From Miltoncostaeaceae bacterium (GTDB taxonomy: Bacteria > Actinomycetota > Thermoleophilia > Miltoncostaeales > Miltoncostaeaceae): 50,240 nt of DNA. The notes under the pieces are model-generated. The model was given only the letters and a program-made list of their open reading frames with translations. It had not been told where the DNA came from and did not search any database. Shown here piece by piece: positions 16,488 through 26,005 of this stretch (positions are counted from its first letter, which is position 1; each line of letters opens with the position of its first letter). The stretch is taken from the NCBI GenBank assembly GCA_044233875.1, contig JBIIJJ010000001.1:1-50240 (forward strand), written 5' to 3'. A program made the position numbers and the translations under genes.

Positions 16488-17398
16488 TAGAAGTACCCCC
16501 CGCGCTTGCGGTCTTCCATGGCGGCCTCGCTGGTCTTGTCGTCGGCCCGGCTGGCGCCACGCTCGCTCACGTCGCTCTCGCGCGTCTCGGCCAGCACCTG
16601 CTCCACCGTGCTCGCGGTGCTCAGCGTGCAGGCGGTGCAGGTGGCGTCGCCCACGGTGCGGAACCGCACGGTCTCGGTGAAGGTGTCCTCGCCGGGCAGG
16701 CGCTCCACGAAGTCAGCGGCGGCCATGAGCATGCCGTCGCGCACGAACACCTCGCGCTGGTGCGAGAAGTAGATGCTGGGCAGCGAGAGGCCCTCGCGCT
16801 GGATGTACGCCCAGATGTCGATCTCGGTCCAGTTGCTCAGCGGGAACACCCGGAAGTGCTCGCCCTTGCGCAGCTTGGTGTTGTAGATCGACCACGGCTC
16901 GGGGCGCTGGTTGCGGGGGTCCCACTGGCCGAACATGTCGCGGTGGCTGAACACGCGCTCCTTGGCGCGGGCGCGCTCCTCGTCGCGGCGCGCGCCGCCG
17001 AAGCAGGCGTCGAACTGGTGCTCGGCGATGGCGTCGAGCAGCGTGGTGGTCTGCAGCCTGTTGCGGCTGGCGCGGGGGCCCGTCTCGTCCTGCACCCGGC
17101 CCTTCGCGATCGACTCCTCCACGCTGGCCACGATCAGCCGCTCGTCGATCTCCTTCACGTACCAGTCGCGGTACTCCACCACCTCGGGGAAGTTGTGGCC
17201 GGTGTCCACGTGCATCAGCGGGAAGGGCAGGCCCGCGGGCGTGAAGGCCTTGGTGGCCAGGTGGGCCAGCACGATGCTGTCCTTGCCACCGCTGAACAGC
17301 AGCACGGGGCGCTCGCACTCGGCGGCGCACTCCCTGATGATGTGCACGGCCTCGGCCTCCAGCACGTCGAGCGTGCTGAGTTCGGTCAGGGTGCTCAC
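16487..17398 (-). CDS. cysD: Sulfate adenylyltransferase subunit 2
   Basis: PAPS-reductase-fold ATP sulfurylase small subunit (LLFSGGKDS). GTG 17398 forms a GTGA overlap with the cysH stop. Confidence 0.9.
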   Translation of the reverse strand: MSTLTELSTLDVLEAEAVHIIRECAAECERPVLLFSGGKDSIVLAHLATKAFTPAGLPFPLMHVDTGHNFPEVVEYRDWYVKEIDERLIVASVEESIAKGRVQDETGPRASRNRLQTTTLLDAIAEHQFDACFGGARRDEERARAKERVFSHRDMFGQWDPRNQRPEPWSIYNTKLRKGEHFRVFPLSNWTEIDIWAYIQREGLSLPSIYFSHQREVFVRDGMLMAAADFVERLPGEDTFTETVRFRTVGDATCTACTLSTASTVEQVLAETRESDVSERGASRADDKTSEAAMEDRKRGGYF

Positions 17399-18084
17399 GT
17401 GGCGGGGCCTCCCGCGGGGTGCAGCCCGCACTCGGTCTTCTCAAGGCTTGCCCAGCGGCCCTCGCGGCCGGTGCCGGGCTTGGTGCAGTAGGTGCAGCCG
17501 ATGCTTGCGTAGCCCTTGCCGTGCAGCGGGTTCACGATGAGGTCGCGCTCGCGGATGCGCGCCCACACGTCGTCCTCGGTCCAGTCGGCAAGCGGGCTGA
17601 TCTTCCAGTTGCCGCGCGCGTCGTCGAACTCCACCTTGGGCGTGCCGGCGCGCGTGGGCGCCTGGTCGCGTCGGAGGCCGGTGATCCAGGCGTCGAGGTC
17701 GGCCAGCGCGCGGCCCAGGGGTTCCACCTTGCGAATGGCGCAGCACTGGTTGGGGTCGCGCTCCCAAAGGCGATCGCCGTACTCGGCGGCCTGCTCCTCG
17801 GGAGTCGGACCGCGGAAGGCCTCGATGGTGATGCCGTACCGATCCTCGTAGGCCTTCCAGGTGTCGTAGGTCTCCGGGAAGAGAAAACCCGTGTCGAGCG
17901 CGAACACGCGTACGTCCGGCCGCACCGCGAACGCCATGTCGAGCAGCACGGCCTCCTCCTGCTGGAACGAGCAGGCGATGGCCAGTCGCGACCCGAAGGC
18001 CTCGACGGCGGCGGCCACGATCTGGTCGGCGGTGAGGCCCTCGGCCTCGGCGGGCGAAAAGGGCAGCGGGCTGGCGTTCGGCAC
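17395..18084 (-). CDS. cysH: Adenylyl-sulfate (APS) reductase, thioredoxin-dependent, Fe-S type
   Basis: CC...CxxC cluster ligands (NQCCAIRK, SIGCTYCT) and a C-terminal ECGLH motif. Confidence 0.85.
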   Translation of the reverse strand: MPNASPLPFSPAEAEGLTADQIVAAAVEAFGSRLAIACSFQQEEAVLLDMAFAVRPDVRVFALDTGFLFPETYDTWKAYEDRYGITIEAFRGPTPEEQAAEYGDRLWERDPNQCCAIRKVEPLGRALADLDAWITGLRRDQAPTRAGTPKVEFDDARGNWKISPLADWTEDDVWARIRERDLIVNPLHGKGYASIGCTYCTKPGTGREGRWASLEKTECGLHPAGGPAT

Positions 18085-18110
18085 GGGCGCGCAGGATAGC
18101 GCACGCCCGC

Positions 18111-18147
18111 AAGCGCTTATGCGCGCGAGAACAAACGCTTATGCGCG
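18111..18147. promoter_or_regulatory. Tandem 15-nt direct repeat in the cysH / heme-binding-gene divergent control region
   Basis: AAGCGCTTATGCGCG (18111-18125) and AAACGCTTATGCGCG (18133-18147) match at 14/15. The 22-bp spacing is two helical turns. The repeats lie 27-63 nt upstream of the cysH start. Confidence 0.45.
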
Positions 18148-18192
18148 ACCGTTCCCCAGGTGGGCGCTCACGGCCATCGCTACCTTCGCCAC

Positions 18193-18843
18193 ATGACTTC
18201 CCGACTTCGACGTGCTGTTTCGACCGGATGGGGCCTCGTCCGGCGGCATCCGATCGTCACATCCCTCTACGTGCTGGTGCTGCTCTTCGGCATCGCCATG
18301 GGCATCATCATGGGCCTGCCGCTTCCCGTGGTGGGCGTGACCCTCGTGGTGATCGTGGCCGCGCTCCTCGCCACCTGGGGGCGCAAGGGGTCGGGGCCGG
18401 GCTTCGCCATCGGAAGCCTGGTGGTGAGCGGCCTGGTGGTGGTCGGGCTCATCCAGCTCGTGCCCTACGGCCGCGACCGCACGCAGCCGCCCATCACCGG
18501 CGAGCCGCAGTGGGCGACGGCGGAGACGCGCACCCTCATGGTCCAGGCCTGTTACCACTGCCATGCGAGCGAGGTGGAATACCCGGCGTACGCCAACATC
18601 GCGCCGTCATCGTGGGCCGTGCAGAGCCACATCGCCGGTGGCCGCAGCGAGGTGAACTACCAGCAGTTCGCCACGGATCCCGGCGCTGCAGACGAGACCA
18701 TCCAGGTGATCCGCGACGGGTCCATGCCACCGGCCTATTTCACCCGGTTCGGGCTCAACCCGGAGGCGGCGCTCACGGACGCCGAGAAGGCGGCGCTCAT
18801 CGCCGGCCTCGAGAAGACCCCGGGCCTGGGCGGGGGCGACTAG
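18193..18843 (+). CDS. Membrane-anchored heme-binding domain (Haem_bd, CxxCH) protein
   Basis: CYHCHASEVEYPAYANIAPSSWAVQSHIAGGRSEVNYQQF matches the Haem_bd pattern. Two N-terminal TMs. The start is ATG 18193, or GTG 18160 as in the track. Confidence 0.7.
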   Translation: MTSRLRRAVSTGWGLVRRHPIVTSLYVLVLLFGIAMGIIMGLPLPVVGVTLVVIVAALLATWGRKGSGPGFAIGSLVVSGLVVVGLIQLVPYGRDRTQPPITGEPQWATAETRTLMVQACYHCHASEVEYPAYANIAPSSWAVQSHIAGGRSEVNYQQFATDPGAADETIQVIRDGSMPPAYFTRFGLNPEAALTDAEKAALIAGLEKTPGLGGGD

Positions 18844-19118
18844 CCCCCGAAGTCGCCGAAGTTCTCGAAGAGGTCGCCCACGAAGCTGCTCTTCTTCTTT
18901 TTCTTCTGAGGCGCAGCAGGAGGGTCATCCCGCCGTGGCTCCGGCTCACGGCCCCCGCCCCCGCCGCCACTCGATCCGCTCCAGGCCTCTGACCGCTCGA
19001 TGATCTTGTCCAGCTCGCCGCGGTCGAGCCACACACCCCGGCACTCAGGGCAGTAGTCGATCTCGATGCCGTCGCGGTGGCTCATGTGCAGGGTCTGATC
19101 GCAGTGCGGGCACTTCAT
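18840..19118 (-). CDS. zf-TFIIB-type zinc-ribbon protein
   Basis: MKCPHCDQTL...IDYCPECRGVWLDRGELDKI matches the PF13453-type pattern. Gly-run, Lys-run and an FG-rich tail follow. Confidence 0.75.
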   Translation of the reverse strand: MKCPHCDQTLHMSHRDGIEIDYCPECRGVWLDRGELDKIIERSEAWSGSSGGGGGGREPEPRRDDPPAAPQKKKKKSSFVGDLFENFGDFGG

Positions 19119-19210
19119 CGCGGCGATTCCTCCGAATCGGGTGGTGACGCGTGCATCATTGCCACGCCTGGCTGGGCGTTGCGGCGAACGGTCGGTTCGC
19201 TAACCGGCCC

Positions 19211-20149
19211 TTAAGGCGCGGCCTGCTCCACCCGCTGGCGCAGCACGGATGCCGCAGGCAGGTCGCCCTCCCGGCCGGCGGCAACCGCATCGCCCACCTC
19301 GCCCGGGGTCGAGTGGCGCCCGTCGTAGACGATCACGATGCTCTCGTCGCCCGCGACCAGGTAGGTGCTCTCGCCGAAAGCCGTGTACCGGGTGGCGCCG
19401 ATGCCGATGAGCGCCCGCTCGGGGCATCCGGCCTGTGCCAGGTACTGCCCCACCGGCTCGAGCGGGGTGTCGTCGGAGCCCTGCTGATGGGCCAGGCGGT
19501 CGAGCAACCAGTCGATGAGCGTGGGGCCGGCGTACGAGTAACCGGCGGCGGGACTGTCCACGCCGTACTCGTGCACCCGGCCATCGCGCCTCATGAAGCT
19601 GGCGATGCGCAGCGTGGCCAGGCCGCCGTCGGCGGAGATGTCGTGCACGGCGAACCCGCGGGCGGCCACGCCCTTCGACGCCGGCCCCCAGTTCTTCTTG
19701 TCGCTGATCTTGCGTGCGCCCTCGCGGCGGATGGAGCAGTCATTCCACGCGGCCACGGCCTCCGGGGCGACCGACACCACGTGGCCGGAGTCGTCGTACG
19801 CCACCCGCGCAAGAACACCCATCTCGGGCTCGATCTGCAGGTCGACACCGGGCTCAGCAGGCAGCACCAGCAGGTCGTGGGTAACCGGGAACACACCGAG
19901 CTGCCCCGCTCTCCCCGGCACGAACCAGGGGAAGATGCCCTTGGGCGCCTCGGCGGCCACGGGCACCACGTTGGCGAAGTCGGCGGCCTCACCCGCCTGC
20001 TCCAGGTGCCCGGCGAAGTTTCCCGCCACTCCGAGCCCCGCGGCGGCGTGAAGTGCGTGGAGGTCGATGTCGATCACGGTCGGGCACCCTACGGGACATA
20101 AGACCCTGAACCCGGCGCCAAAAGCAGGAAGTCGGAAATCGCGCGGCAC
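19211..20149 (-). CDS. Hypothetical protein, weak FAH-fold-like motifs
   Basis: Track ORF of 312 aa with good GC3. GVAGNFAGH and IEPEMGV loosely recall fumarylacetoacetase-family motifs. The start is uncertain (ATG 20149 or GTG 20077). Confidence 0.5.
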   Translation of the reverse strand: MPRDFRLPAFGAGFRVLCPVGCPTVIDIDLHALHAAAGLGVAGNFAGHLEQAGEAADFANVVPVAAEAPKGIFPWFVPGRAGQLGVFPVTHDLLVLPAEPGVDLQIEPEMGVLARVAYDDSGHVVSVAPEAVAAWNDCSIRREGARKISDKKNWGPASKGVAARGFAVHDISADGGLATLRIASFMRRDGRVHEYGVDSPAAGYSYAGPTLIDWLLDRLAHQQGSDDTPLEPVGQYLAQAGCPERALIGIGATRYTAFGESTYLVAGDESIVIVYDGRHSTPGEVGDAVAAGREGDLPAASVLRQRVEQAAP

Positions 20150-20210
20150 GCGGCGTGCGGCCCCTGCTTAGAATGCCCGGTCCCCTGCAGTCCAAGACAA
20201 GGGAAGGTTC

Positions 20211-22475
20211 ATGTCGGCATTCGACGCCGAGGTCCAGAAGACCCGGGAGTACATGGATTCGCCGCGCTTCGCGGAGATCACCCGCATCTACTCCGCGCGC
20301 ATGGTCGCTGAGCAGAAGGGCACCATCAGCCAGGACTACACCGTGGCCCGCGAGGCCGCGGAGGGCTTCTACGCCCGCCTGCGCGAGCTGTTCAGCGAAG
20401 GCAAGTCCATCACCACCTACGGCCCCTATTCGCCGGGCCAGGCGGTAGCCCAGAAGCGCGCCGGCATCGAGGGCATCTACCTGGGTGGCTGGGCAACCAG
20501 CGCCAAGGGCTCCATCAACGAGGACCCGGGGCCCGACCTCGCCTCGTACCCGCTGAGCCAGGTGCCCGATGAGGCCGCCGCCATCGTGCGCGCCCTCCTC
20601 ACCGCCGACAAGAACCAGACCTTCATGCGCGCCCACATGAGCGCGGCCGAGCGCGAGGCCACCCCCGTGGTGGACTTCCGGCCGTTCATCATCGCCGACG
20701 CCGACACAGGCCACGGCGGCGACGCCCACGTGCGCAACCTGGTGCGTCGCTTCGTGGAGGTCGGCGTGCCCGGCTACCACATCGAGGACCAGAAGCCCGG
20801 CGCCAAGAAGTGTGGCCACCAGGGCGGCAAGGTGCTGGTGCCGAGCGACGAGCAGATCAAGCGTGCCTCGTCGGCCCGTTTCCAGCTGGATGTCATGGGC
20901 GTGCCCGGCATCATCGTGTGCCGCACCGACGCCGAGGCCGCCAACCTGCTGGACGGCTGCGGCGACGAGCGCGACCAGCCGTTCATCCTGGGCGTCAACG
21001 GCACGGCAGTGCCCGCCTACCGCGCCGGCTTCCTGGGCGTGATCAAGCAGCTGCACAACGCAGGCATCGAGGAGCTCAACGGGCACCTGCTGTACGCCGT
21101 GAGCGCCGAGGAGCAGGCCGAGGCAGACAAGTGGCTGGCCGACTCCGGCGTGGCCGCGAAGGTGGCCGACATCGCCAAGGCCCACCTGGCCGACCCGGAC
21201 GCCCTGCCCGAGGACACCCTCGACACCGCCGCTGACGCCTTCCTGGCCGAGTGGGAGGCCGGCGCGAAGCTGTCCACCCTGGCCGAGGCCGTGGCCGAGG
21301 CCATCACGTTCCGCGCCGACGAGGGCGTGGACGTCGGCATGACCGTCGACGAGTGGAACGAGTTCTCGCACCGTGCCGGTTGGTACGAGATCCGCGAGAA
21401 GGCCCGCAACATGGGCATCGAGGTCGACTGGAGCGCCGACCGGGCCAAGACCCCGGAGGGCTACTTCCAGATCCGCGGGGGCATCCCGTACGCCATCGCC
21501 AAGTCGCTGGCGGTGGCCCCGTTCGCCGACATCCTCTGGATGGAGACAAAGACGGCCGACCTGGCAGACGCCAAGGAGTTCGCCGACGCCATCCACGCCG
21601 TGTTCCCCAACCAGATGATGGCGTACAACCTGTCGCCGTCGTTCAACTGGGACACCACCGGGATGAACGACGATGAGATGCGCGCCTTCCCTCTCGAGAT
21701 CGGGAAGATGGGCTTCGTCTTCAACTTCATCACCTACGGCGGTCACCAGATCGACGGCCTGGCTGCCGAGGAGTTCTCGCAGTCGCTCAAGGAGGACGGC
21801 ATGCTCGCGCTGGCGCGCCTGCAGCGCCGCTTCCGCCTGCTGGAGTCGCCATACCGCACGCCGCAGACCCTTGTCGGCGGACCGCGTGGCGACGCCGCCC
21901 TGGCCGCGATCACGGGCCAGACGGCCACCACCAAGGCCATGGGTGCCGGCAGCACGCAGCACCAGCACCTGGTGCAGACGGAGGTTCCGCCGAAGACGCT
22001 GGCCGAGTGGCTCGGCCCGTGGAAGGAGCACAACGGCATCAGCGACGACCTCAAGGTGTCGCTGCGCCCGCACACCCCGGGTTCGCAGATCCTCGAGCTG
22101 TCCATCAGGAACGGCTCGGACGAGAAGGTGGCGAACATCGTCTTCAACGTCATGGAGGACCGCGCCGGCCGCGTGTTCCTCTCCGTGCGTGACCAGAACA
22201 CGTTCGACCTGGGCCTGCGTCGCAAGCGCCTCATGACGCTGCTTCACCTGTTCCTGATCCACCGCTACAAGGCGGAGTCGATCCACTACCTCACGCCGAC
22301 CGAGGACAACAAGAGCGCCGCCGACGCCCTGGTGCGCCGCGGCCTCTTCACCTCCTCGCACGACGAGGTGGGCGACATCATCGTCGCCGACATCAACGGT
22401 GCCACGGTCGCCGAGTGGGTCAAGCCCGACTCGGCCGGTCGCCAGGCCCTCATCGAGGGTGGCGGCAGCAAGTAG
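20211..22475 (+). CDS. aceA: Isocitrate lyase, long ICL2-type (754 aa)
   Basis: [12 protein letters not shown] catalytic signature. The length and C-terminal extension resemble mycobacterial ICL2. AGGGAAGG RBS upstream. Confidence 0.9.
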   Translation: MSAFDAEVQKTREYMDSPRFAEITRIYSARMVAEQKGTISQDYTVAREAAEGFYARLRELFSEGKSITTYGPYSPGQAVAQKRAGIEGIYLGGWATSAKGSINEDPGPDLASYPLSQVPDEAAAIVRALLTADKNQTFMRAHMSAAEREATPVVDFRPFIIADADTGHGGDAHVRNLVRRFVEVGVPGYHIEDQKPGAKKCGHQGGKVLVPSDEQIKRASSARFQLDVMGVPGIIVCRTDAEAANLLDGCGDERDQPFILGVNGTAVPAYRAGFLGVIKQLHNAGIEELNGHLLYAVSAEEQAEADKWLADSGVAAKVADIAKAHLADPDALPEDTLDTAADAFLAEWEAGAKLSTLAEAVAEAITFRADEGVDVGMTVDEWNEFSHRAGWYEIREKARNMGIEVDWSADRAKTPEGYFQIRGGIPYAIAKSLAVAPFADILWMETKTADLADAKEFADAIHAVFPNQMMAYNLSPSFNWDTTGMNDDEMRAFPLEIGKMGFVFNFITYGGHQIDGLAAEEFSQSLKEDGMLALARLQRRFRLLESPYRTPQTLVGGPRGDAALAAITGQTATTKAMGAGSTQHQHLVQTEVPPKTLAEWLGPWKEHNGISDDLKVSLRPHTPGSQILELSIRNGSDEKVANIVFNVMEDRAGRVFLSVRDQNTFDLGLRRKRLMTLLHLFLIHRYKAESIHYLTPTEDNKSAADALVRRGLFTSSHDEVGDIIVADINGATVAEWVKPDSAGRQALIEGGGSK

Positions 22476-22542
22476 CACCGCAGGGCATGGGCAGTACCCG
22501 CGCCCCTGCTCCGGTCCATCCGGGGCGGGGGCGCTACGTTTC

Positions 22543-23919
22543 ATGGGGATGACCGACACCACGCCCCCCACACCCGACGAGCGCCGCCAGGCAGGACGCG
22601 CGCTTCGCAAGATCACCCCGAGGTCGTCGCTCGCGGGCTTCACTCCGCCGGCACGCCGCTTCGACCCCCTGCGGGTGCTGCTGCAGCAGGACCGCACGCG
22701 CATCCCAGACCTCGTGCCCATCCGCCACGGTCGCATGGCGGTGTCGCCCTTCACCTTCCTGCGCGGGGCCGCCGCGGTGATGGCCCGCGACATCGCGGGG
22801 CAGCCGTCCACGGGCCTGCGCGTGCAGTGCTGCGGCGACTGCCACCTGCTGAACTTCGGCGCCTACGCCACACCCGAGCGCAAGCTGGTGTTCGACGTCA
22901 ACGACTTCGACGAGACGCTGCAGGCGCCGTTCGAGTGGGACGTCAAGCGACTGGCGGCCAGCATCCACGTGGCTGCACTCGACAACGGTTTTCCCGCCGC
23001 CGCGGCCCGCACCGCCGTGCTGGCAGCGGCCGAGCAGTACCGCACGGCGATGGCCGGGCTGTCGCTGAAGACCAACCTCGAGGTCTGGTACTCGTCGGTG
23101 GATGTCGAGGGCCTCGCGGCGCTCATCGCCGACCCGGAGCAGCGCAGGAAGTTCGAGAGGAACGTGCGCAAGACCGAACGGCGCGGAAACCTCCAGGCGC
23201 TCGAGAAGCTCGGCACCGTCTCAAAGGGCGGACGCGTGCGAATCGCCGACCAGCCTCCTCTTGTGATGCACGTGCCCCTCCACGAGGGGCGTGACACGAC
23301 GGAGGTCGTGGCCACGCTCGAAGCGCGCTACCGCGAGACCCTGCCCGACGACCGGAAGCGGCTGTTCGACAGCTACCGCTTCGCCGACGCCGCCCGCAAG
23401 GTGGTGGGCGTGGGCTCGGTGGGGCTCGATGCGCGTATCGCGCTCTTCCTCGGCCGTGACGACGGCGACCCGCTGTTCCTGCAGATGAAGGAGGCGCGGC
23501 CGTCGGTGCTCGCCCCCTACGCCGGCGCGAGCCCCTACCGCCATCAGGGCGAGCGGGTGGTGCAGGGCCAGCGGCTCATGCAGGCGGCCAGCGACCTCTT
23601 CCTGGGCTGGTACACGGGCTTCAACCGCAAGCACTACTACGTGCGGCAGCTGCGCGACATGAAGGGATCGGCGGACGTCTCCACGATGTCGGCCGACATG
23701 TTCGCGCAGTACGGCCGCCTGTGCGGCGGCACGCTCGCGCGGGCCCATGCGCGGTCGGGCGACGCCTGCATGATCGCCGGGTACCTGGGCTCGGGTACGC
23801 AGTTCGACGAGGCAATGGCCGACTTCGCGCGCGACTACGCCGTGCAGGCCACGGCCGACCACGCCGAGCTCGAGCAGGCAATCGAGGACCAGCGCATCAT
23901 CGCCGTCACCGGCGTCTAG
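22543..23919 (+). CDS. DUF2252 domain protein
   Basis: Track ORF trimmed to ATG 22543 (MGMTDTTPP...). The motifs IRHGRM..SPFTFLRGAA and GDCHLLNFG are typical of DUF2252. Confidence 0.7.
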   Translation: MGMTDTTPPTPDERRQAGRALRKITPRSSLAGFTPPARRFDPLRVLLQQDRTRIPDLVPIRHGRMAVSPFTFLRGAAAVMARDIAGQPSTGLRVQCCGDCHLLNFGAYATPERKLVFDVNDFDETLQAPFEWDVKRLAASIHVAALDNGFPAAAARTAVLAAAEQYRTAMAGLSLKTNLEVWYSSVDVEGLAALIADPEQRRKFERNVRKTERRGNLQALEKLGTVSKGGRVRIADQPPLVMHVPLHEGRDTTEVVATLEARYRETLPDDRKRLFDSYRFADAARKVVGVGSVGLDARIALFLGRDDGDPLFLQMKEARPSVLAPYAGASPYRHQGERVVQGQRLMQAASDLFLGWYTGFNRKHYYVRQLRDMKGSADVSTMSADMFAQYGRLCGGTLARAHARSGDACMIAGYLGSGTQFDEAMADFARDYAVQATADHAELEQAIEDQRIIAVTGV

Positions 23920-24389
23920 TGAACGTCCCCTTCCTCGCGCACAGCTCGCGGGCGGTGTACGGCACGATCGTGGCCACCGCAGCGCTGGCGGCCACCGACG
24001 TGGCGTTCGAGGAGTGGAACAGCTGGCAGTTCCTCGGCACCCTGGTGGTGACGCTGGTGGTGCTGTGGTTCGCCGAGGTCTACTCCAGCGCCATCGGCGA
24101 CTCCGGCGAGCAGGGCCTGCGGCAGCGAATCAGCGAGGCGGCGTCCGACCACGCGGCGGTGCTCGAGCCCATCGTGCCGCTGGGCATCCCGCTGGTGCTC
24201 GGAGGCCTCGGCCTGTGGGCCGCCGGAATGGCGCTCACGATTACCCTGGGCGTGGGCGTGGTGGCGCTGGGGCTGTGGGGCGGCCTCGCCGCCATCGCCC
24301 GTGGCGGCTCGGTGCCGCGGGCCGTGGGAGCGGGCGTGGTGAGCGCCTGCATCGGCCTGGTGATCATCGTGCTCAAGACATGGCATTGA
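23919..24389 (+). CDS. Integral membrane protein, unknown function
   Basis: GTG 23919 overlaps the upstream TAG (TAGTG). About four TM segments. In frame with track ORF 23721..24389. Confidence 0.55.
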   Translation: MNVPFLAHSSRAVYGTIVATAALAATDVAFEEWNSWQFLGTLVVTLVVLWFAEVYSSAIGDSGEQGLRQRISEAASDHAAVLEPIVPLGIPLVLGGLGLWAAGMALTITLGVGVVALGLWGGLAAIARGGSVPRAVGAGVVSACIGLVIIVLKTWH

Positions 24390-25057
24390 GCGGCAACGGG
24401 CTACCCGCGCGCGAACGGCGTCCGCGCTCGCCCAAGGGCCGCGGTCGGGTGGTGGCGGAGATCCTGGGCGAGGAGCGCCCGGTGGTTCCGGTGCCGCTCG
24501 ACCACCGCGACTCGTTCGAACTCCTCACCGCCACGATCCTCTCGGCGCAGTGCACCGACGTCATGGTGAACAAGGTCACGCCCGCCCTGTTCTCGCGCTA
24601 CCCCACCCCGGCCGCCATGGCCGCGGCCGACATCACGGAGATCGAGGAGATCATCCGCCCCACCGGCTTCTTCCATGCCAAGGCCACGTCGCTCATCGGC
24701 ATGGCCACCGCGGTGCAGGAGCGCTTCGGCGGCGAGGTGCCCGGCACCATGGAGGATCTCGTCACCCTGCCCGGCGTGGGTCGCAAGACCGCCAGCGTGA
24801 TGCTGGGCCACTGGTTCGACGAGCCGGCCATCGCGGTGGACACCCACGTGCTGCGGCTGTCAAAGCGCCTTGGCCTGTCGGAATCCGACGACCCCGTGAA
24901 GGTGGAGGCAGACCTCAAGAAGGTCTGGCCGCGCGACATGTGGGCCGACACCGGCCTGCGCCTGATCATGCACGGCCGGGAGACCTGCACCGCTCGCCGC
25001 CCGAAGTGCGACGGCTGCCCGCTGTGGAACGCCTGCGTGAGCCGCGGGGCGTTCTAG
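24380..25057 (+). CDS. nth: Endonuclease III
   Basis: HhH-GPD motif LPGVGRKTA and a C-terminal Fe-S cluster C..C..C..C (CTARRPKCDGCPLWNAC). ATG 24380 overlaps the previous gene by 10 nt. Confidence 0.9.
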   Translation: MALSGNGLPARERRPRSPKGRGRVVAEILGEERPVVPVPLDHRDSFELLTATILSAQCTDVMVNKVTPALFSRYPTPAAMAAADITEIEEIIRPTGFFHAKATSLIGMATAVQERFGGEVPGTMEDLVTLPGVGRKTASVMLGHWFDEPAIAVDTHVLRLSKRLGLSESDDPVKVEADLKKVWPRDMWADTGLRLIMHGRETCTARRPKCDGCPLWNACVSRGAF

Positions 25058-25061
25058 GCGG

Positions 25062-25940
25062 TCACATGCCCTGGGGCGGGGGGTCCTGCCTCTCGCGCAG
25101 GAAGCGCTCCAGCTCGGCCACCAGCTCATCGCCGGTCGGAAGGTCCTGGTCGTCGAGGCTGCTCTCGTCGGCGGCCTGCTCGAGCTGCTCCACGAGCTGC
25201 TGCAGGCGCGGATCGGCGGCAACCACCTGGTCGACCTGCTCCTCGAACTCCCGGGCGCTGGCGCGCACCTCGGTGGTGTCGAATCGCACGCCGGTGGCGG
25301 TGCTCACGCCCTCCAGCAGGGCCAGCTCGGCCTTGTGGTTCACCACGCCTGCGGCGTAGTGGGAGGTGGGCGCCCACAGGGACACCGCCTCCATGCCGCG
25401 CTCGGCGGCGAGCAGGTGCAGCACGCCCACGATGCCCGTGGGGCCGCGGTAGCCGGGCGGACGGGTGTCGAGCCCCTCCACCAGGCCGTCCTGGGTGGCC
25501 ATGACCGTCAGCGTCACGTCACGGGTGTGCGGCACGTCGGCAAGGAGCGCGCCCAGGGTCACGAAGCGACGCACGCCCAGGGCCTCTACCGCGTCGAGCA
25601 GCAGGCGGCAGAAGGTGGGCCACCTCATCGAGGGCTCGCCACCCACCACCAGCACGAGGTCGTGCTCGGCATCCGGGCAGCGGGCCGCGGTGATCTCCAC
25701 CTCCGGCCACGTGAGCGTGTGCTCGGGGCCGGTGAGGTCGATGATGGGCCGGGTCACCTGGAAGTCGTAGAACTCCTCGGGGTCCACCGAGCCGATCGAC
25801 TCGGCATTCCGCTGCTCCGCGATGGTGGCGATGGTGGTCGACGCCGCGCTTGCGGCGTCATTCCATCCGCGGAAGGCGACGATCACGATCGGGTCGCGCA
25901 GCGGTGGATCGGGCGGGGTGATGGAGAGCGATGCGGGCAT
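25062..25940 (-). CDS. PAC2 (proteasome assembly chaperone-like) family protein
   Basis: Trimmed to ATG 25940 (MPASLSITPP...). IVAFRGWNDA and GPTGIVGVL motifs, with an acidic C-terminal tail. Confidence 0.7.
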   Translation of the reverse strand: MPASLSITPPDPPLRDPIVIVAFRGWNDAASAASTTIATIAEQRNAESIGSVDPEEFYDFQVTRPIIDLTGPEHTLTWPEVEITAARCPDAEHDLVLVVGGEPSMRWPTFCRLLLDAVEALGVRRFVTLGALLADVPHTRDVTLTVMATQDGLVEGLDTRPPGYRGPTGIVGVLHLLAAERGMEAVSLWAPTSHYAAGVVNHKAELALLEGVSTATGVRFDTTEVRASAREFEEQVDQVVAADPRLQQLVEQLEQAADESSLDDQDLPTGDELVAELERFLRERQDPPPQGM

Positions 25941-26005
25941 GTGTCCATGGTGACAGGTGATCGGCCGCATGGCCGCGCGTTCGGCATGCCGCCCCGGTCG
26001 GTACC

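Noticed and set aside
15042-16490. 482-aa plus-strand ORF
   Set aside because: It is antisense to cysN, which has clear GTPase G1-G4 motifs.
19184-19200. SOS-box-like palindrome GCGAAC-GGTCG-GTTCGC, 66 nt upstream of the zf-TFIIB gene
   Set aside because: The spacer is 5 nt rather than the 4 nt of the actinobacterial LexA consensus seen at lexA itself (41994-42009). It also sits just after the stop of the upstream gene and may simply be a small terminator stem.
19989-22811. 940-aa ORF on the minus strand, the longest in the track
   Set aside because: It lies exactly antisense to the isocitrate lyase gene, which carries the KKCGHQGG signature. Its translation is G/R/V/H/A-rich and low in complexity, with no motif. 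This is a typical high-GC shadow frame.
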